NCBI GenBank assembly: GCA_951406725.2
Contig: OX597814.1
Coordinates: 34,348,001-34,412,000 of the forward strand
DNA length: 64,000 nt
Source: Octopus vulgaris
Taxonomy: Eukaryota
Direction of reading: 5' to 3'
Of this stretch, positions 28,050 to 44,111 are shown piece after piece (position 1 is the first letter of the stretch; each line of letters opens with the position of its first letter). Both the position numbers and the translations under genes were made by a program. A model generated the notes under the pieces. It saw only the letters and a program-made list of their open reading frames with translations, ran no database searches and was not told where the DNA came from.

Positions 28050-29300
28050 TTAGTGTATACCATGGTTCTACTCGTCAGCAATTGCTGATACATCTACCTT
28101 GTGCTCCCAAAGGTTCCTATTGACATCGCTTTTGGGTTGATTGAGGTAGATACTACCAGACGTCTTTAGGATACCACTGTTCCAGCTCGTTGTAATATTG
28201 TTCTATTGTTATTACCAACAACCTTTCCTTCGCGGATCTCTAATATTCAAATCTCAACTCCGCATCAGACATTTTTTACGCCACCGGAATATCCATGACA
28301 CCACAGACACGGGATTCTGTCTATCAAAAGTTTGTTCGATCTTCGAAGAGTAGTAAATCTCACTTTATCGTCTTCATCCTTACTTTGAGGAAATGGATCA
28401 TTGTTGCTTTTGTTGTAACTTCTCAGCCGTTTTTGTTGTTCCTCTTCAGTCGATTTTGTTGTTTTCTGTTACTGTTTGCAACTAATTTTCGCTTTTCCTT
28501 TTGCGACAATTTGGATACTTTTATCCGCAACCATTATTTCTCTTTTGTCACACCAGGATGGATTGGTGCTGTTCGTTACAGGCGGAGTGTCTGCATGCTT
28601 GTTTCTAGAACGCGGCGTGAGCTTACCTCTTCCACCATTTCTGGAATATGTGAGTGATGGTGCTTTGGAAATAGGAGTTTGCTGCTCTTGTTGCTACCTC
28701 AGTTGACCTCCATTGCTTCCTTTCTCCTATCCTTTTAAGTAATTCATAGGAAAAAAAAAAACCCAAGTGGTTCTTACTATTACATGTATAGTAACTATGC
28801 CTTTTGCCCTGTACCACTTCTCCCATGCTGTTTGCTGTGGGGCACTCAGCTGGAAACAATCCTGAGAGAGCCTTGTGACTTTCGGGAGTCATAAGGATTT
28901 ATAAATCTATTTTCAGCCTTCTTAATCTCATTTGTCTCTCATCACCACTGCTTAATTACTTACCCATACTGCAATGCAAAAGTGACGACCAGTTACAGAA
29001 TCTACACCATTTCCAGTGTTTGTTAAGGTTATTTACCTGTCCCATATTCGGAGACACGAAGGTATGAGAACTGACATACACATTGCACAAAGATGTATTT
29101 CGGCCGAATCTTCGTTCTTGAAAATGCAGTAGGCCGACTGTACCATAAACTTTCCCACATTCAATTGAAAGAATTTCTACCTAAAGTTTACGTGGTGCTT
29201 TTTCTGACTTCTGTTTCACCGTTAATTGCAAACCATCGTTGATCTTCTTTCAGAAAGATATGTTATTCATTTCGCCCTCTCTTAGATAAGTTAATGCATG
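28050..29300 (-). mobile_element. Decayed LINE ORF1 (gag-like zinc knuckle) remnant
   Basis: VVQGKRHSYYTCNSKNHLG resembles a GRRPxCxxCxxxxH knuckle; co-oriented with and upstream of the endonuclease fragment. Confidence 0.4.
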
Positions 29301-30099
29301 AAAACACTCTCTAGCTTAACAAAAGTTTTCCAATTTATTTTTATTATCTGGAAATTTTATTAAGTCTAAAAACTACGTGTAACAATAAAGACTAAGCTAG
29401 CTTCTTCACCACTGCTAGCATTACATTTATTACTATGTGCATAGACTAATAACGTCTGCGTAGGAGTGTTGTTGACATTCGTTAAAACTATTCGTTAGTG
29501 TATTTTTTTCTTACTGTTCATGATTTTTTTCGTTGTAAATGTTCATTCTGTGGCCAAATTTTTTTTTTGGTTATCTATTTTGTTTTTGCATACTCTTACA
29601 TGAATTTTGGTTGGTTAGTGGGCATATGTTCGTAGATAATTTGGATGTGAAATGTCAAATTTTGTTAGCAAATAAAATTTAGCTTGTAAAATCCAACTCT
29701 ATTGTCTAACCCGGGGTATCGGGTACAAACACTCCACAGGTACCTAAAATTATCTGCAAATGCACCAAAAAAAGAACTTTCATTTGATAATGCTTGGAAT
29801 GTAGCGAAAAATAAAAATTATTCAGAAGGGCTCAAAATAATACAATAAAATTTAAAGAATTTTGAACAAGAGGTACTTACAAAAAACTTACAGGATGGGA
29901 CAGACGTATTAAACAATGTCGAAGGGAGTTGTGAAATACATGCAAAATATAACTGAAAGAATAACAAATTTATTTACACCAATATTTACACAAAATAAAA
30001 AGTATAATAAACGCAATAATTAAAATAAGACATCTATATAAATTTTAAATGTTAACTTGTGTTGATCAACACACAGCATGCTCCTGATAACATACCACA

Positions 30100-31400
30100 C
30101 CGACTAGCTTCCTCTATTTTTGATAACTGGAGATTTCAGAATCTCCCAGGAGTTACAGTGAGAAAGCCATGCCTCGCGTCTCGTGGATAACCGGCAATTA
30201 ATACATTGCATCATCTATTCGAAATTTGTGTTCATGTTCTCCGAGAATATTTAAACTGCAATTTCATTTCCTTAAGCTGCAATTCCATTTCTTTGCCGAT
30301 CCGTACTTTGTCTGGGAAATCTTGTGTATATCATATAAAGAATTTATTCGATGTTAGTCTTCGAAAGGTTGTGAATTTATTTCATTTAGAGAGGATGCTG
30401 TTTCCTCCTTACAGGATATGAGCTCTCCTTTATACGAGTTGAGTTCTTCTTCAGCAGAGAGTTTCTCTTCTTTAAAGGAGATGTGCTCTTTAAGATGCTT
30501 TTATTGCCTTTTACTAACTTTTTTTGGTGAGTCTTTTCTGCCTTTTTTCTAAGATGTCTGCTTATTTCTTTTGGTTTCCATCTGGTCTCTATCTTCGCGA
30601 GTGGATGGTATTACAATGAAAGGGAGCTTTCTAGTTTATTACTTAGTACTGGCTGTTATCATTGTTACTATAGGGAGATCTCATTGTTTTTGCCGGTTAG
30701 GACTAGGAGAGAAAGTTCTTGTGTCTCATGGCTCACTTCTGACAACGAGAAGGGGGCATTTTGTTTGCCGACTGACGAACTGTATCTGGAGTCATCTTAA
30801 TATTGAAAACCTGTGTAGATTGTTCTTGTTGCATTTCTTGTTTTATGATTTCTACGCTGAAAGCCATTAAATGGGTTTTTCTGTCACATGTATAGCAGCT
30901 GGGTCGTCTACCTGGGATGCTGAATTTAAAGGCCTTCCACCCGTAGCCTCTACTGGACACAGCTTTGTTATTACTTTGTGGTTTTGAGGACTTGCATATC
31001 CATGGGGACATCATGCTATTGCTTATAGCTAAAAGATTCGTCTATACTGACCATCAGCCGATACTATTCCACGAAGGTTACTACTAGCTCGAGGTTGAGA
31101 TCATTAACAATGTTCCTTGTGCTTCTGCTTCGCAAATTTTGTGAGATTAGATAATGTACGGGTGTATCGTGTACATTTTAGGTTCGCATTCTCTCTTATA
31201 AAGATTCTCTCTTATAAAGATGACACATATATTACCGTGTGTGCTTTCTATCCCAGTAAAAGAGATTATACTTCAAATATCTGCTAGGACTCTTTTAACT
31301 TCATCCTTTGTTGAGGGAGTCTCTATGAGGAGTAGTGTCAGATCGACGCCTATCTTATGTAAAATTACACATTGATTGCGGAGGGTTAGAGTAATGTGTG
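30100..31400 (-). mobile_element. Second decayed LINE ORF1 (zinc knuckle) remnant
   Basis: FSIPGRRPSCYTCDRKTHL knuckle-like motif in ORF 30733-31014. Confidence 0.45.
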
Positions 31401-31684
31401 TTTGTATACTGCTGTTGATTTTGTAGACAACATTTCCACTCGATATATATAAATTTAGTGTTTTCTTTTTGTTCGTCGTGACTATTAATATTCATTTGTG
31501 TTGCAACTGGATTAGTTGCCTATTTTTTTTCTGTGACTGAAATGCATTATTTTGTATCATTCTGCTATTTTTTCTGGGTATCACGTGAAATATTTGTAGC
31601 CATACTTTTTATGTGAGTGACGTGAAGGAAAAAGTTAACTGTGGCCAAAAATGAAACAAGACTTTAATCATTTTTTTCGTCAAA

Positions 31685-31735
<51 letters not shown>

Positions 31736-31856
31736 CGAGACTCCAGATTTTAGCTAGTTATCTGTGTATAACTATTTTTCGTAAAAACTATTTCAATTAA
31801 TAAATTCTTCTCGTCCGAGTATGAATTGTAAACAATAATTAATACTTCGTCTGCAG

Positions 31857-31857
<1 letters not shown>

Positions 31858-31936
<79 letters not shown>

Positions 31937-31970
31937 GACGACGATGATGATGATGATGATGATGATGATG

Positions 31971-32010
<40 letters not shown>
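31858..32010. repeat. (AAT)n/(GAT)n array
   Basis: Direct tandem repeat. Confidence 0.95.
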
Positions 32011-33332
<1,322 letters not shown>

Positions 33333-33336
33333 TGAC

Positions 33337-33620
33337 TGAATGGAATAAAATCCAAGCAGTTAATATGTAGGCGATAACATCATTTCGGTATAGAGCGGGC
33401 ATTATAAAATGGCAAAGGAGAGAAATGAAGAAAATGGATACCAATACCATAAAAATGCTGGCAATACACGGAGCCTTCCACCATAAGAGTGTACTTGTCC
33501 AGAAGAAAGGGTGGGAAAAGTTTCAACAGTTGCCAGGACTGTATCGAAGCAGAGGAAAACAGTCCAGTGTTGTATATATAAAATTTCGTGGAGCCACTGT
33601 TGAACTCTACTGCTTCTAAT
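33337..33620 (+). mobile_element. Second R4/Dong-like fragment (RT thumb region)
   Basis: WNKIQAVNM*AITSFRYRAGIIKWQRREMKKMDTNTIKMLAIHGAFHHKS..YLSRRKGG. Confidence 0.75.
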
Positions 33621-33679
33621 TCTGCTATCCAGAATTCTACTGCTTCTAATCCTAATCCATGAGGGAGACTTGTGTAGTG

Positions 33680-35110
33680 AGTGGTTACGTAAAGGTAGCA
33701 GGATGGTATCTTTGTCTACTCTTTCTGAAACATGGTTTGATGAAAATAAGAACCAATTTGCACAAAGTATTGAAATTTATGTCACGAAAATTGTTTAATC
33801 GTTGGATGTTAATGCTGACCCTGCAACAATTGAACTTAATTTTGGATCCGATAGCTTGGAAATTTTTACATATGGTGTACAGAGGCTCTATAAGCTGTTA
33901 TTGATTTCTTTAGATATGTGGTCTTTGGAAGCCCATCAAAGTTACTTGTTATTAGTTGAGGTAATTCTATTCCTTTTTCATTCAATCACTTTCTAATTTG
34001 TCAGTTAATTTGCCAATTCTATTCATTGTTCGTTTATCTGTATTAGTTTCTAATTTTTCTTGAAATGTTGGTTATTTAGTTTTCTAAGACCATTTCCTTG
34101 TATTGGGTCTTTCCATTATTACAATGGACTGTCCTTTGTCAGTTCCTTTAATGACTATAAAAGAATCTTTCTGTATACATACCAATTCTTTTTGTTCTTC
34201 ATTCGTAATGTTTGTTTCCATATGGTTTGATGGAAAGTTTGAGTTTGCAGATCTTTTCAAAGACATGTATTCCTCTAAAAGCTTATGCCGGTTTCTTTTC
34301 TTTATTTTTTCACAAGTGATGGCTCTTCATCATATTTCCTTTGGAAAAACTCCCGTAATGAAGTTTTCTACAAAGTTCCTTAGTATCTATTATAAGATCT
34401 GCGGTGTCAAGTTTGAGAGCTGGTATGAATTTAAGTCAATATTTCAGAAATTTTTTATTTCATTTACATGAGGTTTCCTGTGAGATGTTTACCACTTTTG
34501 GATCAATTGTTCAATACTTCCTTGACCTTTTGTGTCATTACAGGTTTCTTTCTTTCTGTTTGGAAATCATGAGCCCTAAAAAACGTTTCTTGCATTGTGA
34601 GCTATTGGGACTCTCGCTTATAGTTATTCGATTTTGTTGGAAGGAAGTTGTTCAGTTGTTGTACAACTTACCTTTACGATCTTAAATTTTCTTTGTTTTG
34701 ATTATTTATTTTGATCTGTCCTTCTATTTTTATTTCTATATTGGTATGCTGGCCTCTTCATAGTGTGTTTTCTTTGGTTTGACGCCCTATTTTGGCTTGT
34801 TTTTACAATGTTATTGCTTGGATGACTTTTGTGGTGGTTAGGTTTGTGATATGTGTTATTAAATTCACATATATCTTTAATAATATCAGCATATGGGAAA
34901 ATATGAGTTGTCATCCTTAGATTATTTTTAGATTTGACTTGTAAATTAGTACGGAAGGAGATTTGGTTGTTTTTGTTGTTATCAAATTATGTCGGTTTTA
35001 TTTTTAGTTTTCACTAATTTTGCTCTGTAACTTTGTTCGTATTTTGTGCAAGTGGAAGATTCAAAATGTCTTCTTTGATAATTTTCATCATTTATTTCTT
35101 TGATAATTTT
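33680..35110 (-). mobile_element. Decayed Penelope-like element, N-terminal/RT-proximal region
   Basis: NITNEEQKELVCIQKDSFIVIKGTDKGQSIVIM matches the PLE IKxADKGxxxVIM motif. Confidence 0.7.
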
Positions 35111-35609
35111 CTTGATAATTTTCATCTTTTATCTTTTACAAAATAAAAGACGAAAATTATCAACAAAAAAAAAAAAAAAGCAAAAGGAAAATGTGTTATA
35201 AGAATTCTAAATCCGAAACTAAACTTGAAATAGTCAACACCATTACCTGAAACAATTTCTATATGGATTAGCCCAAAACACCTGTGTTTGAAAAGCTGAA
35301 AATCGAAGGCGCTTACATAGAAAACACGCAATATAAGGAAACTTCTTCTCCAAAAGTTTGTGTCATTCTGTTATTTTTAAAAATAATTTAAATCGGCTTA
35401 AAAAGAATCTTTCTTTAAACGTTGTGACTTTATCAAGTATGATTTGTAAACGCGCGCGCGCACACGCACACACACACACACACACACAAAGAAATAAAAT
35501 AATATCCGCACTTACGTTAAAACCTTCTTTAGGTTGACCGCTCGCTAGTGGTTACGTAACTGAGGTTTGACATTGAGCACTCCGGTTTTCATTCTTATGT
35601 TACAAAGTA

Positions 35610-36620
35610 AGCATGGCCTCTCCGCTGGCAGTGGACACCAAGGAAGAATAAAGGTCAGTTACCTTGGTTAGAGGGCGAAATTCATTTCGGGTTTACAGTA
35701 CAATATGTAGACAGTAGCACTCTACCGCATATGAATGGCTCCAAAAGTTCAAAAATGGCTGGACAAGCATGAAGCGCGACGAAGGAGCAGCACACTCATC
35801 AACCTGCACCACTGAGATGTTGATTCAACAAGCTCAAGGGATAGAGCTGGTGAACCGATAAATGACCATCGTTGAGGCAGCATGTTCCCTGCAAATCAGT
35901 CATGGTTCTGCAAACGAAATCATCCACAACAAGCTTCACTTCCATAAAGTCTGTGCGAGATAGTTGCCAAGAGAGGCTGCCGGAGCGCATAAGCGCAACC
36001 GTGTAAAGATCTGTCAACGCTTACTCGACCGCTGCAACGATGAAGGTGAAACTTTTTTAGGAGAGAATAGTTGCGGGAGATGAGACCTAGGTCCATCAGT
36101 TTGAACCAGAATTCAAAAGGGAGAGTATGGAATGGAAATTCCCAGTATCGCCAGCGAAAAAGAAATTCAAGGCTCAACCTTCCGCAGAAAGAGTGATGTT
36201 AACCGTTTTTGGGGATGCAGAAGGGCTTACTTTGGAAAATTACCTGGAAAAAGGTCTACAGGCACCAGTGTGGGCTACAATACAAAACCGTCCAATAAAC
36301 TGAAATCAACAATTCGCACCAAACGCCAAGGTCTATTGTCAAAGCAAGCACGACAAAGCACGCTCACGGTTGAAAATTAGGTTTCGAGTTGATGGAATAT
36401 CCTGCATACAATCCAGTTCTCGCCCCTTCCGACTGTCACCTCCTTGGACCGTTGCATCCTTTACGAAGTCGTTGATTTGCTATGGACGAAGTGCAGTAAG
36501 CAGTGCATACATAACTGCACAACCGACTGAAAACCTTCTCCGATAGAAGAAACAAGCTTGTGGACTGCTGGAACAAGTGCATCGAAAAATAAGGAGACAA
36601 TGTAGAAAGATTATATAATT
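35610..36620 (+). pseudogene. Decayed mariner transposase
   Basis: YEWLQKFKNG, KVCAR*LP, IVAGDET*VHQFEPEFKRESMEWK..KKFKAQPSAERVMLTVF, YPAYNPVLAPSDCHLLGP and WNKCIEK*GDNVE across many frameshifts. Confidence 0.85.
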
Positions 36621-36942
36621 GTTCAATCCTGCTTTTGTTTTAATAAATATACATATACATATATTTATATACATGTGTGTGTATGTGTGTCTGTGTATAA
36701 CATGTATGTGTGTGTATAAATATATATATACATACATACATATACATATATAAACACACACACACACACACACACATATATGTGTATGAATGCACACGTA
36801 AATATATATATTCACGTCTGCCTCGACAAGCTCATGGGGGCTAGTTCATCTGGATTTTCGAGGTGTATTGGACGCTAGTCCGTCCCAGTGTAAGCAGCAA
36901 GTACCAGTGCTGCCCCTATTCAAATATTTTCGTTCCTTGACC

Positions 36943-37073
36943 GTCAGTTTCTTTAATGACTATAAAAGAATCTTTCTGTAGACATGCCAATACATTTTGT
37001 TCTTCATTCGTAATGTTTGATTCCATATGGTTTGATGGAAAGTTTGAGTTTGCAGATCTTTTCAAACACATGT
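36943..37073 (-). repeat. Near-identical copy of PLE segment 34138-34268
   Basis: About 130 bp aligned without gaps and with few mismatches. Confidence 0.9.
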
Positions 37074-37079
37074 TTTTCC

Positions 37080-38365
37080 TAAATCTAATCGGCATCATGC
37101 TATTTTTAATCGACACACCATGAAGGTATCCTACGCCAACACTGCTAATTTAGAGCAGCTTATGCATCGCATTAACAATAGTAAAATGCGGCAAAGATTC
37201 AATAACCCACCTACTGGATCTAGCGAATATTTGCATCTAAATACCAACCAAAGAGATGTAAACCACATTGATAAACACCAACTACGACCAATTTGTAGGA
37301 GTAGAAATACTTATTATACAGCTAGCACAGTAACAACGCCGGTAAATGGAGTCGAGACTACTTTATATACAAATAAATACGATAAATGCTCATGCAGAGA
37401 AAAATCAAAATGTCCTTTGATGAATCTCTGTATGAGTACTAATCTTGTATATAAATGTACCGTGCACACGAAAGGAGGGCGTATGTCTACATTGGACAGA
37501 CGGCTGATTCATTTAAGAATCGTTATTGCAACCATGTTACCAAAAAATAAGAGACGTTCAACATCTTTGGCAGATTTTGTATGACGACTGAAGGAGGATA
37601 AAACGAAGTACAACATGAATTGGTCCATAGTAAGGTATGCGAAACCATACAATATAATGTCCAGGAGCTGCCGTCTCTGCTCCGAGGGATCCCCGTCTCT
37701 TCTGTGGATTAACGAGAAGATAATAGAATTTCTGAACTACTCTCGAGATGGATACACGCATATAAATGTACATTCGCACAATGCAATGAGAATGTATTTT
37801 GAGTAACCGTTAATTTAACTTAATTTACTTTAAGGTATGGATGACTTTTAAAAGTATGGTTTACTTTTAAATCTCCCCTTTCTTATAAATACCAAGATGA
37901 TAATTAACTAGCTTTGTGATCATGAGTACACCAAACCTTACGTGTGCGTATGCACACATTTTTGCGGATGCATGTTTGAGCGAGCGTACTCGCGCCATGC
38001 AGCTTGCCCGAGAACGTTTGTACATCCATACCTGCTAGCGGATATTTTTAATACTTTTCTCACTGGATTGCGTGTTCGTTTCTCTTTTTGTTATCCGTAA
38101 TTTTACTTTTGATCTTCTAAATAAAGGAAGATATTTCCTCCGCCTGGCTGTTTTTCTTTCTACAAAACGGAAAGTTACATTGCGGAACAGTCATTTTAAC
38201 GAGTTGTATTTATTTATCACCGGACGAGATACATCTGCACCACTGGATGCTCCTGAACTAGTTGTTGAGTTCCCCACCCAAGAGGAATCGATGCTAGATG
38301 TCTCAAAACAATTGTCGTGATTAATAAGTTCTCGTATATTCCATCTTCCGTCTTTCATTTGCTAC
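37080..38365 (+). mobile_element. Penelope-like element 3' part: GIY-YIG endonuclease remnant and terminal repeat
   Basis: KVSYANTANL, CSCREKSKCPLMNLCMSTNLVYKCTV, then (frameshift) YIGQTADSFKNRYCNH, and WSIVRYAKPYNIMSRSCRLCSE. Confidence 0.85.
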
Positions 38366-38384
38366 TTATATCTATGAATATGTA

Positions 38385-38557
<173 letters not shown>

Positions 38558-38734
38558 GTCTATCTACATATATATTGGTGTATGCTATACAGCGATAAAA
38601 ATATGCGTTATAGAACCAAATACGAAACGATCAGTGAAAGAGATATATTTGTAATTTGAAAGTTGATAGGAAAGGAACTGTCACATTTTCAATCATAATG
38701 TATTATATATAATACATAGAATATAATATCTAAT

Positions 38735-39187
38735 AAATGTTGTGGAGTAAGAAGTTTCTCTTCGCAGCTGCATGGTTCCGGATTAACTATCATTTCGTGA
38801 CATTTAGGTGCGTAAGTGTCTTCTACTATAGCCGGCCAAAACCTTGTGAGTGGATTTGGTAGACGGAAACTGAAAGAAGCACATCGTACATATGTTCGAT
38901 TCATTCGACTAAAATTCTTCGAGGCGGTGCCCCAGCTCTGCTGCAGTCTGATGACTGAAAGAAGTGATTACTGTGATTACTGTGCGGCACTCATGATCAT
39001 AAGGTTGTGGTTTCGGTTCCTGGACTGGGCGATACGTTGTGCTCTCGAGCAAAACACTTCATGTCACTTTGTTCAGTCCACTTAACTGGCAAAATGAGTG
39101 ATCCTGCAATGGTTTCATTCAGTGGGAAATATATACGCCACAGAATCCAAGAAACTGACTTTGTGAACCTATGGCTCAGGAAGCACC

Positions 39188-39255
<68 letters not shown>

Positions 39256-39465
39256 ACACACTGCTTTCAAAGGCCAGCGGTTTTGGGGAATGAGGTAAGT
39301 CGGATACATCGACCCTACTGCTTAACTGGTACTTATGTTATCCACCCCAAAAGAGATGAAAAGCAAAGTCGACCTCGGTGCAATTGGAACTCAGAACGTT
39401 AAGACGGACGAAGTGCTGCCGAGCATTTTGCCTGGCATGCTAACCATTCGTCCAGCTCACCGCCT
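38735..39465. mobile_element. Nest of SINE fragments (family A plus, family C plus, family B minus at 39265-39465)
   Basis: Similarity to other copies in the window. Confidence 0.75.
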
Positions 39466-39472
39466 CTTTACA

Positions 39473-39570
<98 letters not shown>

Positions 39571-40315
39571 AATGTGGTCATGTATATGTGTCTAGCCCCA
39601 AAGTCTCGGAAACGGTGCAACCTTATGAAAAACGAATTTGGTTCTCGAAATCTGCGTCCCAAAGACAATATCGTCCTTGCGAGAAATAACTCAACTTTAG
39701 ATTGACAACTCTCCTATTCTCTATCTGTCACCATGAATCTATCTCTCTCTCTGTTATTTATACCACTCTCTTTATCACTTTCTCTCTCTCTCTCTCTGTA
39801 GATATATTATATCCCATGCACTGCTTTCATTTTAAAACTTCGTCTTCTAATGTTTACTTTCATTTTATCACAACTATTATGCGCAAAAACTGTTTTCTGT
39901 TTGGGTAAAAATGACCTAACTTTAAATTTTTGTAACAGTTTTCTGAATATTTTTCTGGAATAAATGAACCACAAACTTGCATTCAGCGTGGAAAAGTACA
40001 TATCTATACCAAATTTGAGAAATTTTTCCTTAATTTAAAATATCTGTCAGCTACATTTTTCAGTTTTCGCTTTTCTCATGGTAAACTTTACTCACCTGTA
40101 TACATTTTTACGACACTCTCTATAAAAATATATGGCCCACACTGAGTGTGTGTATGTCTGTGTGTGTGCTTGTCAATGTGTGTGTTTGTCAGTGAGTGTG
40201 TATGCATGTGTGTAATATCAACAGGGTGATTCTAAAAAGAGATGTAAAAGTTTATTTTAATAACATACTTTTCTGTTAGTAAATACGTTTTTTCTTACTC
40301 ACACACGCGCACACA

Positions 40316-40385
<70 letters not shown>

Positions 40386-40659
40386 CTCGGTTGATGCGTA
40401 TAGACGTTAAAATTTTAAATTACAAATTTTTTGTTGTTGCTTCTAAAATGTTTATGGGGAGAAAACAATTGAAACGTAGCAATACATGTTACAGTGACAA
40501 AGAAACGAGGAAGGTACCAGTTAGGCATGGGATGTGTAAGAAACAACAGCTAAACCTCCCTGAAACCACATACCTTTTCGTCTAAAAATTATATTGAATT
40601 TATAAACAGAAACAAATTGTCCGTATTTTAAAACGATGCAGGCTGTTCGTATTTTAAAC

Positions 40660-41205
40660 GATAATTAAAAAGACATAAAAAAAGCCGAAATTTTAGGATT
40701 TATGGATGAGTGGGGTTAATGCAAAAATTAAAAAAAGATTTTATTATTGCTTAAGTTACATTTTATTTTCTGTTTCAAAACAAAGGAAGTGGGGGATTGT
40801 AATGGTGATCGCCAATTTCCAAAAATTAGTTTGTTAATCTTCAAGGTTTCTTCCATCATTTTTAAGTGCTTAGTGTCAGAAAAAAAAAAAAAAAAATGTT
40901 AAATTCAGTAGTCAGTGTTTGAAAAAATTCATTTATTTTCAAAATTGGTTTTTTACCGAAAAGACGCCTCCCACTGTTTTTTAAGTGCGTTGAGGAAAAA
41001 AAAAAAAAAAAAGGACAGAATCGGTCTGGAAGTCAAGGAAGGGGGATTCACAAATTAAAAAAAGTATTGTTTTCATTAAACAATCCCCCACCCCACCATC
41101 TGGAAAAACCCCGTCAAAACGGCAAAAATCCAACTTATCAGGATGTGTTGTTCCGAAAGACATTCGATTGTAAAAATTACACGGCAACGACGGGATACTC
41201 GCTAG
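40660..41205 (+). mobile_element. Helitron-like 3' end (5' boundary uncertain)
   Basis: acggcaacgacgggatactcgCTAG resembles the hairpin-plus-CTAG end of the element at 52527-52922. Confidence 0.45.
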
Positions 41206-41217
41206 GTATGTGTGTTG

Positions 41218-41505
<288 letters not shown>

Positions 41506-41611
41506 CCATGGATGGAATTTGGAATAACTAGCCCGTAACTGACATAACACAGGAGCTCAGGAGCTTTTATATGCATACGCAAAAATGTTTCCCGTGACCG
41601 AACTTAAAAGG

Positions 41612-42019
<408 letters not shown>

Positions 42020-42489
42020 TGAAAAAGTCATAACTCCAGTCCTCTCAGTTCTTAGTGTTTACTTGGTGATTTCTCAAATGATTATCACTACACTGTTTAT
42101 AAACATTTATAAACCATTTAGAAAATGTGTTGTTGACAAAGGTTCACTTCTGTCTGTTGACCAGTTACTCTGAGTAACACTTTGTGAAGTTTTGCAGCTT
42201 CTATGAAACCTCATACTTTACCTTTGCTGTTCGAGTAATCCTTTTTCCATTTCCCCACCGTCTATATGCTTACGTGTGTGAGTGCGTGTGTATGTGTGTG
42301 TGTATAATACATATACATATACATACATACATACATACATACAGACAGACAACGTATACGGACACAAACACACACACACACACTCACATATATCTATAGT
42401 CACATATGCGTATACACCACTCATACACATACAAACAATAAAAAGCGGGAGAGGCAGAGAGGCAGAGATTGAGAGGGATAGTGCGAGTG

Positions 42490-42547
<58 letters not shown>

Positions 42548-42780
42548 TAAGAGAGAGACATAGAGATAGAAAGAAGGAAAATGAGAGAGAAAGAGGAAGA
42601 GAAACGGTGAGACGGAGGTGCAGTGTGAACTAGTCCGACTATGAGAAACTGAGTGAATGATGGAGAGAGTAAAGAAGTGAAGGCGAAAGAGAAATTAAGG
42701 GTGACAGTGTGTGTGTGTGTGTTAGCCAGAGAGAGAGAGAGGGGAGTCGAAAGAGACAGAAATAGAGAGAGACAGAGAGA

Positions 42781-42834
<54 letters not shown>

Positions 42835-43922
42835 CCTCAAAGCGAAACACGGATGAAATGAGAGGAGTCGAGCCATTTGTAAACATCTTGACTACGTCTA
42901 TGTTTCGGAGCTGTTATTTACAACCAGTCTAGTTTGAACACAAGTGGACAAATGTGTACATACCTGGGTGAAGTGATATAATATACAACTGTGTGAAGGT
43001 ATAACATATACATACATAATGTAATTATAAACACATTCTCTCTGCCTCTCTGTCTATCTCTGTCTCTCTCTCTCTCTCACATACGCGCGCGTTACATTCA
43101 TACGCGTGTGTGTTTGTACATATTTGTCTGTACATATCATCGACTGCCCCAACCGTAAACATTCCCTCTTTCTATCCCTATATCTATCACACGTACACAA
43201 ACAAACAGACACTCACACACACATACATTCATACATAAATACACACGCACTCACACATACATATATATGTGTGTGTGTATGTATATATATATATATGGAT
43301 GTATATATGCTTGTATATGAATACATGTGTGAACGTTTCTAAAATATTGAATTTATCTGTGTGTACACATCGTTTAAGTTGGTCTTACAACCACAGCAGT
43401 TAGACAGAGAACTCTCTCTCACTCTGTTGGTGGCGAAGCGTTATGGTAAACTTCGCTTACATGTGCGATTATTCAACTATGTTTGTCCACCAAACTGGAC
43501 AACCGATGTTGTCAGCTTACTGTTTATACCCTTTAACTACGTGACTTTCAGTTGTTGCACATAACTCTGGAGAAATACTTAACGTTAGGAAAAAAGCCAA
43601 CGGGCATTTTAGTGAAGTCTTCTTACCTATCTACCATCACTTAATTGGTGTATATCACCAATAACTCCTACCTTTCCCCTAATCTTGTCTCGTCTTTTCT
43701 TCCCACTTTTTATTCTTCTCTAATCCATCCATCCATCCATCCATTCATCCACGCACCCGCACAAACCTACACATAAACACACTCACACGTACACGTACGT
43801 ATATATATATTCTCTGTATTTTGTACGATCAGCCTTCTTTCTGTTTTTGTCTTTCGTTCTTTGCCTTCATGCAACCACACATGTACTTCTTTTCGTGCAT
43901 TTTCCCAAACATATAGTCACGG

Positions 43923-43990
<68 letters not shown>

Positions 43991-44111
43991 GTATATACAT
44001 ATACTTCTATGTGTGTATATACATATACATATACCTGTATGTGTGTTCATATATTTACATTTATATACATTATATTTTTAGACCAGTCAAGATAGAAGGT
44101 AATTGAAAACC

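Noticed and set aside
38240-38325. Hammerhead at the 3' end of the GIY-YIG PLE
   Set aside because: aaacaattgtc is suggestive but no CUGANGA core can be placed
42830-43000. Unique island with a minus-strand CAG|GTATGT donor, or a promoter/5' UTR for the 44-kb ORF
   Set aside because: No convincing frame or orientation without transcript data
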